From Macrostomum lignano (taxonomy: Eukaryota): a stretch of DNA of 64,000 bases. The stretch covers positions 12,210-76,209 of the forward strand of contig NIVC01003802.1 of assembly GCA_002269645.1 (NCBI GenBank). Direction: 5' to 3'. The first letter of the stretch is position 1. Each line of letters opens with the position of its first letter. A program made the translations under genes and the position numbers. Below, piece after piece: positions 63,383-64,000 of the stretch. Below the pieces are notes generated by a model. It was given only the letters and a program-made list of their open reading frames with translations. It made no database searches and was not told the origin of the DNA.

Positions 63383-64000
63383 GCCTCGATATATTTTGAG
63401 CGAAATGCTTCACCGTGTGCATGCGGTATAGTGAACTCTATAATGGAGAATGTAGCAGACATATAAATATCGAAAAAAGACTGGAGTTAAGGGTTATGTA
63501 TAGCTTGAGCCATGTGAACGTCAAATTTTGTTACATCATGAAAAGTACTAAACGATGAACAGATGACACCAATTTAAAGTGCTCCGTCCCTCGATGACGT
63601 CATAGTCTTTGTTCAGCCTTAAGAAATTCTTTCTTTTGTCAACCTTGGCTAGACACCGACAGTGGGACACGAGCGACCTAGGTTTTAGATACTAGTCTTT
63701 ATTGTTGATTGATGCATTCATTTCTGTATTTTGTACCGAGTGGAGCAATGCTAAGCACATAAAAGTTCCTTTAATTTGTCAGAATATTCCAGAGATGCAA
63801 CGAAACTTTGTTGTCATGGTGATTTTTCATTACAAAATAAAGAGCAGTAAACCAAATCAAACACAATATTTTATTTAGTGCATAGTTTTGTAGACTTATA
63901 TTTTGGCAAAAATCGTATGAGTCTTCAGGGCAAATAGTGCAATTACAGTTACGACCTGCTCTAAGCACCAGTGCTCAGAGCAGTTATCATGCAGACTCTT

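Overview
This is eukaryotic (invertebrate metazoan) genomic DNA with GC-rich exons, AT-rich introns, tRNA-derived SINEs and many minisatellites. The style is consistent with a free-living flatworm such as Macrostomum, but that is inference only. Genes reconstructed from splice sites and protein motifs: (1) two tandem 2-exon class A GPCRs with NRY/NRC at the end of TM3 (minus, 2.6-5.4 kb); (2) an unrecognised minus-strand protein built from two copies of one module (9.2-11.4 kb, one frameshift); (3) a single-exon peptide-receptor-like GPCR (15.3-16.6 kb); (4) a ~14-exon TRPA1 channel (19.7-33.05 kb) with two RFX X-boxes near its 5' end; (5) a 5-exon ELOVL3/6-type elongase (minus, 36.3-38.3 kb); (6) an ARH/LDLRAP1-like PTB adaptor ending in a WVQF motif (45.7-48.2 kb); (7) a GPCR broken by three 1-nt deletions (minus, 58.8-60.1 kb); (8) a small unknown frameshifted ORF with a TATA box (minus, 62.7-63.2 kb). 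Mobile DNA comprises a hAT MITE with an 8-bp TSD, two SINE families, two LINE fragments and a Helitron-like remnant. No CRISPR, rRNA or intact tRNA gene was seen. The most interesting leads are the unknown duplicated-module protein, a covarying RNA hairpin shared by one SINE family and a LINE 3' UTR, the X-box-flanked TRPA1 lacking most canonical reactive cysteines, and a codon-like (M-R/M-D/E-P)n array inside a TRPA1 intron.
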